Positions 48,182 to 56,826 of a DNA stretch of 60,949 nucleotides are shown piece by piece (within the stretch, counting starts at the first letter, position 1; each line of letters opens with the position of its first letter). The stretch is from a virus. Lineage: Duplodnaviria > Caudoviricetes. The notes under the pieces are model-generated. The model was not told the origin of the DNA. It was given only the letters and a program-made list of their open reading frames with translations, and searched no databases. The translations under genes were made by a program, and so were the position numbers. The stretch is taken from the IMG/VR virus record IMGVR_UViG_3300042814_000075, positions 1-60,949 of that record; one strand, given 5' to 3'.

Positions 48182-49186
48182 CTAGACCGACCCCACGATC
48201 ACACCTTGACGGAATCGGGCGAGGATCGAATCGACGTCGGCGTAACCCGTCGCGTTATTGATCTGTGCCTTCCTAAAGATGTCCCGCATGGTGTACTGCC
48301 GATCGCCGTCCGTGGACTCCGATGAAAAGGCGGCATCGGTGAGTCCGAGCGGGTCATCGCAGACGGCGGCATAGCGGATCAGTTGCCCGAGAGCCGCCGT
48401 GATCTGGCGCGGTGGAGAGGCGAAGGCGCCCCATTCGCCCGTGATCTGGATATTCTGGAAGCCTGGCGGCCAGATGCCGCACCCGCCGCCGGGCCAGCCC
48501 CATGGGTAGCCGATGAACCCCGACGCAAAGCGGTCGCTGTAGCGCTGCACGTTCCCGAGAGCGAGCATGGTGCGGCTGCCGGAAATCCGGATACCCGCTG
48601 GGTCGATCAGCGAGTCCTCGCCCCCCGGATGGCATGAGAGAACGCGCGCTTCGATCACACTCTGAATCGGGCGCTTGATCGAGAGCGTGCCCCGGCCCGA
48701 GCCGTCGAAGATCCGGGCTGCGGTTTGGGGTAGGAACGTCTGGCCCGTTACCCACTCGATCGTCTCTTGACCCAAGAGCACCATTTCGGCGAGCTGGGCC
48801 GGGGTGATCTCCGAGGCATCGGGGAGCCAGGTGCGGGCCGATTCGACCGTCATGTAGGGCGTTCCGGACGTGGCCGTGGAGAAGGCGAGCACCTGGAAGG
48901 CGAAGGTGAAGGGCTCTTCCGTCCCGCCGGAGGAGGCGGTCGCAAACCAGCGATCGAAGTGGATCGAGACAGGCTCGTTTGAGGGCACGAACCAATCGAC
49001 GTAGTACTGGCCGAGCGCCGAGCGGACAATCGCCGTACCGGAGATCGTGGCGAGGACGGCCATGTTCTCGTCCAGGATCTCCACTTGCCGGATCTGGAAG
49101 GGATCCACGGGCGTGCCGGCGAGCGAGAAGGCAGCGCGGAGTCGCACGGTCTGGCCCGGCTGGGCGTGCCCACGATCAACGGCCAT
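48182..49186 (-). CDS. Head-tail adaptor with N-terminal Ig-like domain
   Basis: YMTVESAR...IEWVTGQTF...FDGSG...NIQITGEWG...P..I..A motif. Confidence 0.75.
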   Translation of the reverse strand: MAVDRGHAQPGQTVRLRAAFSLAGTPVDPFQIRQVEILDENMAVLATISGTAIVRSALGQYYVDWFVPSNEPVSIHFDRWFATASSGGTEEPFTFAFQVLAFSTATSGTPYMTVESARTWLPDASEITPAQLAEMVLLGQETIEWVTGQTFLPQTAARIFDGSGRGTLSIKRPIQSVIEARVLSCHPGGEDSLIDPAGIRISGSRTMLALGNVQRYSDRFASGFIGYPWGWPGGGCGIWPPGFQNIQITGEWGAFASPPRQITAALGQLIRYAAVCDDPLGLTDAAFSSESTDGDRQYTMRDIFRKAQINNATGYADVDSILARFRQGVIVGSV

Positions 49187-49421
49187 GCTTCACACTCCTC
49201 TTCGCGCGCGGCTTGGATGGTGGCTTGACGGCTGTCCTGGCACCCGCAGGCGGGGCGAGCTTGGTCCCGGCCGGCAGCGGGGGCGGCTGATGGCCAGGCA
49301 TGGGTTCCGACCGAATGAGCGGAAACCGGCTATCGCTCGAGCCGACGCAGAGTGCCGCAGCGATGACCCCGAGACAAAAGCCGACGATCAGCCCGATGAT
49401 GCCTGCCGCCCAGGGGGTCAT
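49176..49421 (-). CDS. Small membrane protein
   Basis: IIGLIVGFCLGVIAAALC; ATGA coupling. Confidence 0.55.
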   Translation of the reverse strand: MTPWAAGIIGLIVGFCLGVIAAALCVGSSDSRFPLIRSEPMPGHQPPPLPAGTKLAPPAGARTAVKPPSKPRAKRSVKHGR

Positions 49422-52400
49422 AGCGGCACCGCCTCGAAGGTATCGACCGGCGATCCGCCACCACCAGGGCCAGGCGTGCAAGGGGGATCGCAGGCCTCGA
49501 CGTGCGAACGCATCCGGCCGCCGTTCAAGGTGAGCGGGAGGCGGGTCTGAATGTCATTCGTATCGCCGAGAATGTCGTCGATCAGGTTCTCGGCGAAGCC
49601 AGCCGAGCCGGCGATCACGTGCCCTGCGAGCGCCTCGTCCCATACGGCGTCGGCAATCGTGGCTGCTGAAGGACTTGCCGCCGCGGAGTTGTTTAGCGCC
49701 TCGCCCGTGGAGCCGACGGCCAAGTGCCCTGCCAGAATCTCGTCCCAGGTCTGGTCTACGATCTCGTTGATGGCCGAGACATCCAGGCTCGCGGCCGTGA
49801 TCCCGTTCAACGCCACGGAGCCTACCGAACCGGTCACGGAAGCCGTGGATCCCGTAACATTGCCCTGCACGGAGGCGACACCTTCGCCGAAACTCCCGGC
49901 GATCACATGGCCGGCCCTCAATTCATCCCACACGGCGTCGGCGATCACGGCGGCCGTGGGCCCCGCAGCGGCGAGTGCATCCCGGATCGCTTGGAGTGAA
50001 TCCGTCGTTCGGTCGTAGACCGCCGTGCCGTCGTCGAGGATCTGCCCGACCACCGAGCCGTCGAGCACATCGGTCGTGAGCGTCACGGCACGCTTGGTCA
50101 GTTGCGAGAGGATCAGTCCAGACGTATCGGCCGTCCCGTGCGCGGCCACGATGTCCTCGTCCCACACGCCATCGGCGATCTCGGCAATGGCCGTGGCGTC
50201 GAGCGAGGACGCCGTGATTCCGTTGGCTGCGACCGAGCCCACGCTGCCGACCACGTTCCCATTCACATTGCCAACGACATTCCCGCCGACGTTTCCGACC
50301 ACGCTGGCGACGGTCCCCACCACGTTGCCATTCACGTTCCCGACAACGTTGCCGCCGACGTTCCCCGTCACCGAGCCGACGGAGCCTGTCACGTTGCCCT
50401 GAACGCTAGCGACACCCTCGCCGAAAGAGCCGGCAATGACGTGGCCAGCGCGCAACTCGTCCCACACAGCGTCAGCGATCGTTGCGGCGGACGCACCGCT
50501 GCCCGCATTGTTCAACGCCTCGCCGGTGCTGCCGACACTCAGGTGCCCGGCGATCGGCTCGTCCCACACGCCGTTCACGATGCTCGTGACGTTGACGACT
50601 GAATCCACGGTGCCGCACAGGTCGCCATTGATGTCGCAACCCGTACCGGCGCCCGTGGCTTCGATCCCGTCACCGTCCGTCAGCGCTTCGGCATGCAGCC
50701 CGTCGCCGATCACCGAGCCACCGGTGGCCATGATGCCGTGACCACCGGTGTCGGCTTCGGCCCAGAGTCCGTGGAACCCGTTGCCGTTGGCCAGCGCATG
50801 GATGCCATGCCCGTCGCGCCCAAGCGATTCGATTCCGTTGCCCATGTCCACGGCAACGAACTGCGCGCCATGGCCCCCGACGCCGCTGCCGCGCCCGTGG
50901 ATTCCTTGGCCTGTGGCCCCGCCCGCGGCGGCTGCTCGGATGCCGTCGCCCGACGTGGCTCCGCCCGCAGCGCTGAGGCCGTGGCCGGTGGCGCCAGCTT
51001 CGAGCCGCATCCCGTGGCCAGCGCCATCGCCGAAGCCGTAGAACCCGTGGCCACTGACGCCCGACTGCCCAACGATCCCTGAGTTGCCGGCCGTTCCGCC
51101 ACCGATGCCCTGGACGCCCTGCCCGTTGGCCTGCGCCTGTCCCCGAAAGCCGTCGCCGCTCGTGGCCCCACCGAACCCATGAATGCCATGGCCCGTGGCC
51201 CCACCAAGCCCGCGGATGCCGGCACCAGTGCCCGCGCCCATGCCGATGATGCCGTGCCCGTTGGTGGCGCCTCCGGTGGCCGCGATGCCAGCCCCGTTGG
51301 ACGCCCCACCCTGCGCAGCGAATCCAGCCGCCGTACCGAAGCCAAGCGCCGAGAAGCCTGCCGCATTGCCTCCGCCCGCGTTGGCAACGATGCCAGTACC
51401 GCTCGTGACTCCGCCCTCGCCGACGATGCCGCTCCCGGTTCCAACGCCTACGGCCTGCAAGCCGTGGCCCGTAGCGCCACCGCTGGCACGGATGCCGGCA
51501 CCCGTGCCAGCACCTAGCGCGGCAAGCCCGCGGCCGTTGGTCGCGCCGCCGGTCGCCCGGATGCCGTCGCCGTTCGTGGCACCGCCCGTGGCGGTGATCC
51601 CATGTCCGGCACCCTGTCCATCAGCGACGATGCCAGAGGCGCCGCCCTGCGCCGTGGCCTGGATGCCTGGGCCGGTGGCGCCGCCTGTCGCTAGCACGCC
51701 CGCCGCCGAGCCCTGGCCGGCGCCGTCGATGCCGGGCGAGTTGCCGGCCGTGCCCGTGCCGCGGATGCCCGAGCCCGACGTGGCCCCGCCAACCCCATGA
51801 ATGCCGTGCCCGGTGGCCCCCCCGGTCGCCTCGATCCCGTGGGCAGCACCCTGCCCGGTGGCCACGACGCCACTGAAGCCTCCGGTGCCTGTCGAGCGCA
51901 CCCCCGCGCCCGAAGTCGCCCCGCCACTCGCCAGCAGGCCGTCGCCGGTTGGACCGCCACTCGTTTTGATTCCCGCGCCAGTGCCGCGGCCAGAAGTCTG
52001 GATACCCGCCGCGTTGGTCGCCCCACCGAGTGCGCGGATGCCAGGCCCAGCGCCATCACCGAGCGCGTCAATACCTACGCCGCCGCTGCCACCCGTCGCT
52101 CGGATGCCGGATGAACCCGCACTGAGCGTGTCGATACCCGGCCCGCTTCCGCCCACGGCCAAGATGCCCGACAGGCCATCCGCATAGACCCCCGATCCAC
52201 CGCCGGCACTCACCCCGATCGCGTTGATGCCGTTGCCGGAGCCCTTGCCCGTCGTGGTGATGCCGTGCCCGTTGCCAGCGCCAGTGGCAAGGATCTCGAC
52301 CACATCGGTGTTGCTGCTGTGCGCGCTGATCGCCGGCCCACCGCTGTTGTCGATGTCGATCGCACCGCCCGCCGCCGTCGAGTTGAGGCGCAATTGGTTC

Positions 52401-52804
52401 AGCGTAAGCGTTTGGCCGCCGGTGCCGTCGAGCATAGTCTCCAGGTTGTCGGCCGCCGTGGCATCACCGGACACTTGCACCATGTTGGAAGCCACGGCCG
52501 ACAAGCCGAGGCTCACGCCGTCGTGCGGGTTCGCGTTCGTCGTGATGAAGTTGGCGCCAACTGGGATGGCGTTCGTGGCCGTGAAGATGTATCCCACGTG
52601 GTCGCCGTTCGTGTCGGCGGCACTCGGGTCGAACCGATACTGCCCGAGCCCAAGCTCTGTCACCGTGCCAGTCGCCGCCGCCTGTGCAGCGCCGTCGATC
52701 CCGCGATTCACCGTCACCGTGGCGCCGGTCAACCCGGCCCCCGTGGTGGCGTTGATCAGCACGAAATAGACGCGCTGGCCGGCGACGTTCTGGCGGAGTG
52801 TCAT
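49418..52804 (-). CDS. Long Gly-rich repeat fibre protein (probable head fibre or whisker)
   Basis: N-terminal anchor domain, many G-x-G-I-x-A-x-G-G repeats, GNV repeats, six (V/T)WDE..A(G/A)H repeats. Confidence 0.7.
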   Translation of the reverse strand: MTLRQNVAGQRVYFVLINATTGAGLTGATVTVNRGIDGAAQAAATGTVTELGLGQYRFDPSAADTNGDHVGYIFTATNAIPVGANFITTNANPHDGVSLGLSAVASNMVQVSGDATAADNLETMLDGTGGQTLTLNQLRLNSTAAGGAIDIDNSGGPAISAHSSNTDVVEILATGAGNGHGITTTGKGSGNGINAIGVSAGGGSGVYADGLSGILAVGGSGPGIDTLSAGSSGIRATGGSGGVGIDALGDGAGPGIRALGGATNAAGIQTSGRGTGAGIKTSGGPTGDGLLASGGATSGAGVRSTGTGGFSGVVATGQGAAHGIEATGGATGHGIHGVGGATSGSGIRGTGTAGNSPGIDGAGQGSAAGVLATGGATGPGIQATAQGGASGIVADGQGAGHGITATGGATNGDGIRATGGATNGRGLAALGAGTGAGIRASGGATGHGLQAVGVGTGSGIVGEGGVTSGTGIVANAGGGNAAGFSALGFGTAAGFAAQGGASNGAGIAATGGATNGHGIIGMGAGTGAGIRGLGGATGHGIHGFGGATSGDGFRGQAQANGQGVQGIGGGTAGNSGIVGQSGVSGHGFYGFGDGAGHGMRLEAGATGHGLSAAGGATSGDGIRAAAAGGATGQGIHGRGSGVGGHGAQFVAVDMGNGIESLGRDGHGIHALANGNGFHGLWAEADTGGHGIMATGGSVIGDGLHAEALTDGDGIEATGAGTGCDINGDLCGTVDSVVNVTSIVNGVWDEPIAGHLSVGSTGEALNNAGSGASAATIADAVWDELRAGHVIAGSFGEGVASVQGNVTGSVGSVTGNVGGNVVGNVNGNVVGTVASVVGNVGGNVVGNVNGNVVGSVGSVAANGITASSLDATAIAEIADGVWDEDIVAAHGTADTSGLILSQLTKRAVTLTTDVLDGSVVGQILDDGTAVYDRTTDSLQAIRDALAAAGPTAAVIADAVWDELRAGHVIAGSFGEGVASVQGNVTGSTASVTGSVGSVALNGITAASLDVSAINEIVDQTWDEILAGHLAVGSTGEALNNSAAASPSAATIADAVWDEALAGHVIAGSAGFAENLIDDILGDTNDIQTRLPLTLNGGRMRSHVEACDPPCTPGPGGGGSPVDTFEAVPL

Positions 52805-53160
52805 TGGACGTCGTACCCCGTTCCCATGTTCGCCTTGGCGCCCCATGCGGCCACGAAGGACGGCGCCGCGGGCGCTTCGAGGTCAAACAGCTGCGGCTCC
52901 CACCACGCCATCGGGGCGACCACGGCGTGCATGCTCCCCGACGGCGTCGAGTATCCCGACCCGGAGCTAGACGGCAGGCTCGAAGGAAATAGCGCGCGCT
53001 TTTCGTCGGGCAGACCCACAAGATCCATCCCGTCGTAGCCCGGCAGCAAGGCGCCAAACGTCGTACCGATTACCCGCGCGTTCACCGTCGGCAGAGGCGA
53101 GTCGAAGACCTCGCCGACGTGCTGGATACAGATGACGATGGTGCCGCGATAGGTGGGCAT
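52801..53160 (-). CDS. Hypothetical virion protein
   Basis: Coupled ORF in the structural operon. Confidence 0.5.
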   Translation of the reverse strand: MPTYRGTIVICIQHVGEVFDSPLPTVNARVIGTTFGALLPGYDGMDLVGLPDEKRALFPSSLPSSSGSGYSTPSGSMHAVVAPMAWWEPQLFDLEAPAAPSFVAAWGAKANMGTGYDVQ

Positions 53161-53164
53161 CGGT

Positions 53165-53641
53165 TTACAGCCAGTCCTCAAGCCACGTGATTGCCACTTC
53201 CATCGCCGTCGATGCCGTCGCAGGCACCTGGATGTAAGCGATTCCCGCGCCGGGCGGGATAATGACGCCGCCGGGAATGGGGTAGATGATCCCGGCGCCA
53301 ATCGTCGCGGGATATGGGTAACCGAGCAGCATGTCCACCGAACTAGCCAGCAGCGTCGGCTGTCCAGAGAACTGTGCCAGATCGAGAAGCACACCCGATG
53401 GCGGCGCGATGGCGAGTTCCGAATGATTCGAGCTATTCGGCGTCACCGTCGAGCCGGCCGTGCCGCGGGCGCTGATACGGCGAAATCGCCCCGTCCATCC
53501 GGCCGTCGGGGCGACCTGCGCGAACATCGCGACCGAGATGACCTTGATCCGATGCGTCGAGTGCGGATTCCAGAAGGAAAACACTGCATGATCGGCGGTC
53601 GCTGCCGTTGCCGCTGCCCGTCCGCGTACGCTGAAGCTCAT
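53165..53641 (-). CDS. Hypothetical virion (decoration-like) protein
   Basis: Beta-rich, IIPPGAGI..ITWLE ending; structural operon. Confidence 0.55.
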   Translation of the reverse strand: MSFSVRGRAAATAATADHAVFSFWNPHSTHRIKVISVAMFAQVAPTAGWTGRFRRISARGTAGSTVTPNSSNHSELAIAPPSGVLLDLAQFSGQPTLLASSVDMLLGYPYPATIGAGIIYPIPGGVIIPPGAGIAYIQVPATASTAMEVAITWLEDWL

Positions 53642-53884
53642 CTAGATCTCCGATCCAAGTCCGCCGCCGCCAATCGGCAGCTCGGGGGTCTCATCCGCTG
53701 GCGCCGGGAGCGAGCCGATCGACACCCACGCCGAGTTTCGATTCGCGCGCGCGTCAATCTTCACGTTCGGCGGTGAAGACTGCTCGTCCACGATGAGCCG
53801 AAACTGCGGTTGATCTTCCGGCTGCTGGATCGATCCGACCATTTCGGCGAGTCGATCGAAAACCTGAACCCACGTGAGAATCAT
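53642..53884 (-). CDS. Hypothetical protein
   Basis: AAGGAG RBS before ATG 53884. Confidence 0.5.
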   Translation of the reverse strand: MILTWVQVFDRLAEMVGSIQQPEDQPQFRLIVDEQSSPPNVKIDARANRNSAWVSIGSLPAPADETPELPIGGGGLGSEI

Positions 53885-53894
53885 CGTCCACTCC

Positions 53895-55046
53895 TTATGC
53901 CGCCTGGTAATTGAAGTGCACCGGCTGGGCTGCCGGCTGCTGGTGGACAAACGGAGCACGGTAGTCGTAAGGCGGCGCATTCTGCGCCATCCACTCGATC
54001 TCTTGCCAGACCCGCGCGGGCTTGACCTCCAAGGCACAGAGCGTTTGCCCGGGCGGCGCGCCACACGTGGGCGCGTGGTAGCAGGGAGCGCAGTGGACGG
54101 CGGCATATAGGCTCCGCACATGGCGGTAGTGCACGGCCCTGGCCTCGGGCGGCACGCTCGTGAAGTATCCCACCGTCCTGACGCCCAAGGCTTCGGCGAG
54201 ATGGAGGACTCCGGTATCGGGCGTCACCAAGTAGTCAAGCGACGCGACGACCGATAACAACGTCGGGATCATGAGATGCCCGGCGAGCGAGCGCACTCCC
54301 GCCGCTGCGAGCCTTGGTGTCAGCTGGTGCACGTGGTCATCGATCAGCACGGCCCGGTAGCCATGATCGAAGGCCCGCTCGGCGAACTCCTCGACGTAGG
54401 TCGTCGGCCAGTTCCGCATGCCAGACTGCGAGTGCGAGCCGACCACAATCCCGACCACCGGCCGGCCGTGATCGATCGCCCCCGTGGCGATCTTCCCTTG
54501 TAGACGCTCCTGATCTGTGGCCTGGAGGGGATAGGACCAGTCCAAGGGCTCGCCGCCGTTCAAGAGGTAGCGGGCGAATACTCCGATCCGATCGTAGCGC
54601 TCCCGGCCGTCTCGCTCGGAGTAGCCCCGAAGATCGATCACCCACGGGAGCCGGCCATGGAGATCGGCCAGGGCGCAGACCCGGTGGAGGAATCCGCCCG
54701 GCTGTCCTAAGAGGCAATTCCGGAGGAGCGGCACGAATTCGTGCGCTGTCGCGTAGGTGAACCGGAGCCGGGGGAACCGATGCGCCAACTCCCGCAAGGC
54801 GGGGAGCACCATCAGCACGTCACCGAGCCCACCCGTTCTGACGATCGGGATCTCGGAGTCCGCCGGGGCCCGCGTGAGCCGTGCCGGGTGGACCACCTGG
54901 ATCTCGTGGTTCGGGTCGATGAAGCCCTGGGAGAGTAGAAACAGGTAGTCGCCTTCGGGCACGTCCTGGGGCTCGCCACGCCGGAACGCGCGTCCGTTGT
55001 GGGCATAGGTGAGGCTTCGCGCCAGGACCACCTGAGGCACGGGCAT
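53895..55046 (-). CDS. YqbF-like N-terminal domain fused to glycosyltransferase family 9
   Basis: N-terminal LARSLTY..NGRAFRRGEPQDV....YLFL; RTGGLGDVLM, RNWP, VTPDTGVLHLAEALG, CAPCY. Confidence 0.8.
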   Translation of the reverse strand: MPVPQVVLARSLTYAHNGRAFRRGEPQDVPEGDYLFLLSQGFIDPNHEIQVVHPARLTRAPADSEIPIVRTGGLGDVLMVLPALRELAHRFPRLRFTYATAHEFVPLLRNCLLGQPGGFLHRVCALADLHGRLPWVIDLRGYSERDGRERYDRIGVFARYLLNGGEPLDWSYPLQATDQERLQGKIATGAIDHGRPVVGIVVGSHSQSGMRNWPTTYVEEFAERAFDHGYRAVLIDDHVHQLTPRLAAAGVRSLAGHLMIPTLLSVVASLDYLVTPDTGVLHLAEALGVRTVGYFTSVPPEARAVHYRHVRSLYAAVHCAPCYHAPTCGAPPGQTLCALEVKPARVWQEIEWMAQNAPPYDYRAPFVHQQPAAQPVHFNYQAA

Positions 55047-55138
55047 CCTTTCTCGGCTGTCTCGCCCCTATGGGTAGGCTGGGGCGGGGGAGGCGGACGG
55101 CTACTCAAGAGCCGGGTGAGTTGTCTTGGCTTCTGTCC

Positions 55139-55216
55139 CCTTCGGCGAAGCGCGTTTCCAGCCGGTCCCGGAGAACCCGTGGGCAACCGGCCAGAGCTAC
55201 CGCGCTTCGCCGAAGG
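55139..55216 (-). promoter_or_regulatory. Long hairpin downstream of the capsid gene (attenuator, stabiliser or processing site)
   Basis: Perfect 16-bp stem CCTTCGGCGAAGCGCG/CGCGCTTCGCCGAAGG with inner CTGGCCGGT/ACCGGCTGG stem. Confidence 0.55.
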
Positions 55217-55242
55217 TCGCAGGCTACGAGAGCGTTACCCCG

Positions 55243-56349
55243 TTAGTTGATGCAGGCGACACAGCGCCCGGCCGGCAGAGCCGCCGGCACGCAGGTCGAG
55301 GCGCAAGCATCCAGCTGCATGCAATCGACCATCGCCGTCGCATCCTCGTTGAACACGAGCGCATCGAACCGGAAGGTCCAGATCAACCACGTCAGATGCC
55401 GCGGTCCATCGCGCCACCGCTCGAACGTGATGTTCTTCTGGATCCCCACGACGAGATTCGCCGGGTCCGTGATCAGCATGAACGTCCCCGTGGACGTCGC
55501 GAGCGACTCGCACCCGCACGCGCGGATGTTGGTCGGGATCAAGGGCACGGGTACGATCGGGGTGGACATGTGCTCGCGCGGGACCGGGCCCAGGAGCGAG
55601 CGATCGCCAAGGACCGTCTCCCGGCCCTGGTGGAGCTCCGCATAATCGACCCACATGTCACTCGGCATGTAGATCCGGAGCTGCTCGGGGTTCCGGCGGT
55701 ACTTGGTCGGGAGTGCGCGCTGAAGGCAATTCAGCTTGTGGAAGGTGATCGTCCGGTCCCCGGCATCGGCACCCGAGAACCCGCCGCCGTTCAGGATGTG
55801 CCCTTGCTGGAGCTGGCGATACCACATATCGCGCGCTCCCATGACGCCGTTGTTCACGTTCGATGGATCGGTGTAGCTCCCGTTCGTGTTCCCCATCCAC
55901 GCGATCCGCTCGGTCTCGTTCGCGATCGTCTCGGCCGTCATCCGCATGATCTGCTGCTCCAACTGCGGGCCGGTGATCCCGTCCTGCAAGTCGTCATCGC
56001 AGAGGAAGAACTTGGCGTCGAGACTGATGGTCTTGAGGCACTTGTTCGTGTTCGTGATCGAGACCGATTCGGTGGGGGTCTCGTTACAGGTCGCGAGCCG
56101 GAGGATGCCGCTTGAGAGATTGATGAAGCGGATCGTCTGCTCGTTCGTGGTCATGCGCTCGACCGACGCCTCGCGGAACATCTGGGACTCATCGACCACG
56201 TAGTCAACGAGCCGGTCTGCCTCCTCGGGCTGGATCAAGCACGGAGCGACGGTACGGAGCAGGAACTTTGCCTGCTCGTACTTCGTGAGGCGCCGACCCT
56301 CGGTCACCGATGACGGTGCCGCGAGCAGCGCGTGTCCTTGGGATAGCAC
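55243..56349 (-). CDS. Major capsid protein (HK97 fold, XkdG-like)
   Basis: LIQPEEADRLVDYVVDES, ALPTKYRR, LITDPANLVVG, FRFD motifs; AAGGAGG RBS. Confidence 0.9.
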   Translation of the reverse strand: MLSQGHALLAAPSSVTEGRRLTKYEQAKFLLRTVAPCLIQPEEADRLVDYVVDESQMFREASVERMTTNEQTIRFINLSSGILRLATCNETPTESVSITNTNKCLKTISLDAKFFLCDDDLQDGITGPQLEQQIMRMTAETIANETERIAWMGNTNGSYTDPSNVNNGVMGARDMWYRQLQQGHILNGGGFSGADAGDRTITFHKLNCLQRALPTKYRRNPEQLRIYMPSDMWVDYAELHQGRETVLGDRSLLGPVPREHMSTPIVPVPLIPTNIRACGCESLATSTGTFMLITDPANLVVGIQKNITFERWRDGPRHLTWLIWTFRFDALVFNEDATAMVDCMQLDACASTCVPAALPAGRCVACIN

Positions 56350-56415
56350 TTGCGTCCCCTCCTTGGAACTTCCGGCACGGAACGTCCCTGTCCCGTGATG
56401 CCCGGGGTGGTTTCC

Positions 56416-56814
56416 CTACGTACGCGCGAGCGCTCGCCGGCTGCGAAGGTGCGCGCAGACCTCGTACACGTTCTTGGCAAGGAATGACGTCCCGTTGAAC
56501 ATCTTGACCGACTGCTCCATCGAGTCGCAGTAGGTCGGGACGTCCGTCGGTTCGCCGACAAACTTCTTGGCTTCCTCGAGATCGACCCCGAGGGCCCCGA
56601 GGAAGGCGCCGAGCCGCTTCTCGGCAAAGATGTGCCAGCGCTGGCCGGGCGGGTGCGTCACCTTTTCGGCGTAGCACTTGGCCAGGAAAGCGACGGTCTC
56701 GGGGTCGCGGGCGATGAGCTGATCGGCCCCCGAGAGCCGCACGTCGGAGAAGAACTTGGGCGGGCCCTGCGGGTCCTCGTCCACGTGCATCGACTTGAAG
56801 TAGGTCGCACTCAT
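56416..56814 (-). CDS. Hypothetical protein between scaffold and capsid
   Basis: AAGGAG RBS; clean ORF. Confidence 0.6.
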   Translation of the reverse strand: MSATYFKSMHVDEDPQGPPKFFSDVRLSGADQLIARDPETVAFLAKCYAEKVTHPPGQRWHIFAEKRLGAFLGALGVDLEEAKKFVGEPTDVPTYCDSMEQSVKMFNGTSFLAKNVYEVCAHLRSRRALART

Positions 56815-56826
56815 GGGGGTCGCTCC

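Noticed and set aside
49560-50600. Diversity-generating retroelement TR/VR pair in the fibre repeats
   Set aside because: Repeats are in-frame protein repeats with mainly synonymous differences, and no reverse transcriptase is present.
38280-56418. Amber (TAG) recoding suggested by several in-frame TAG/start junctions (41214/41213, 41760/41759, 53642/53641, 45709/45696, 56416/56349)
   Set aside because: All genes are intact and of normal size under code 11, most downstream starts have their own RBS, and no suppressor tRNA is seen.
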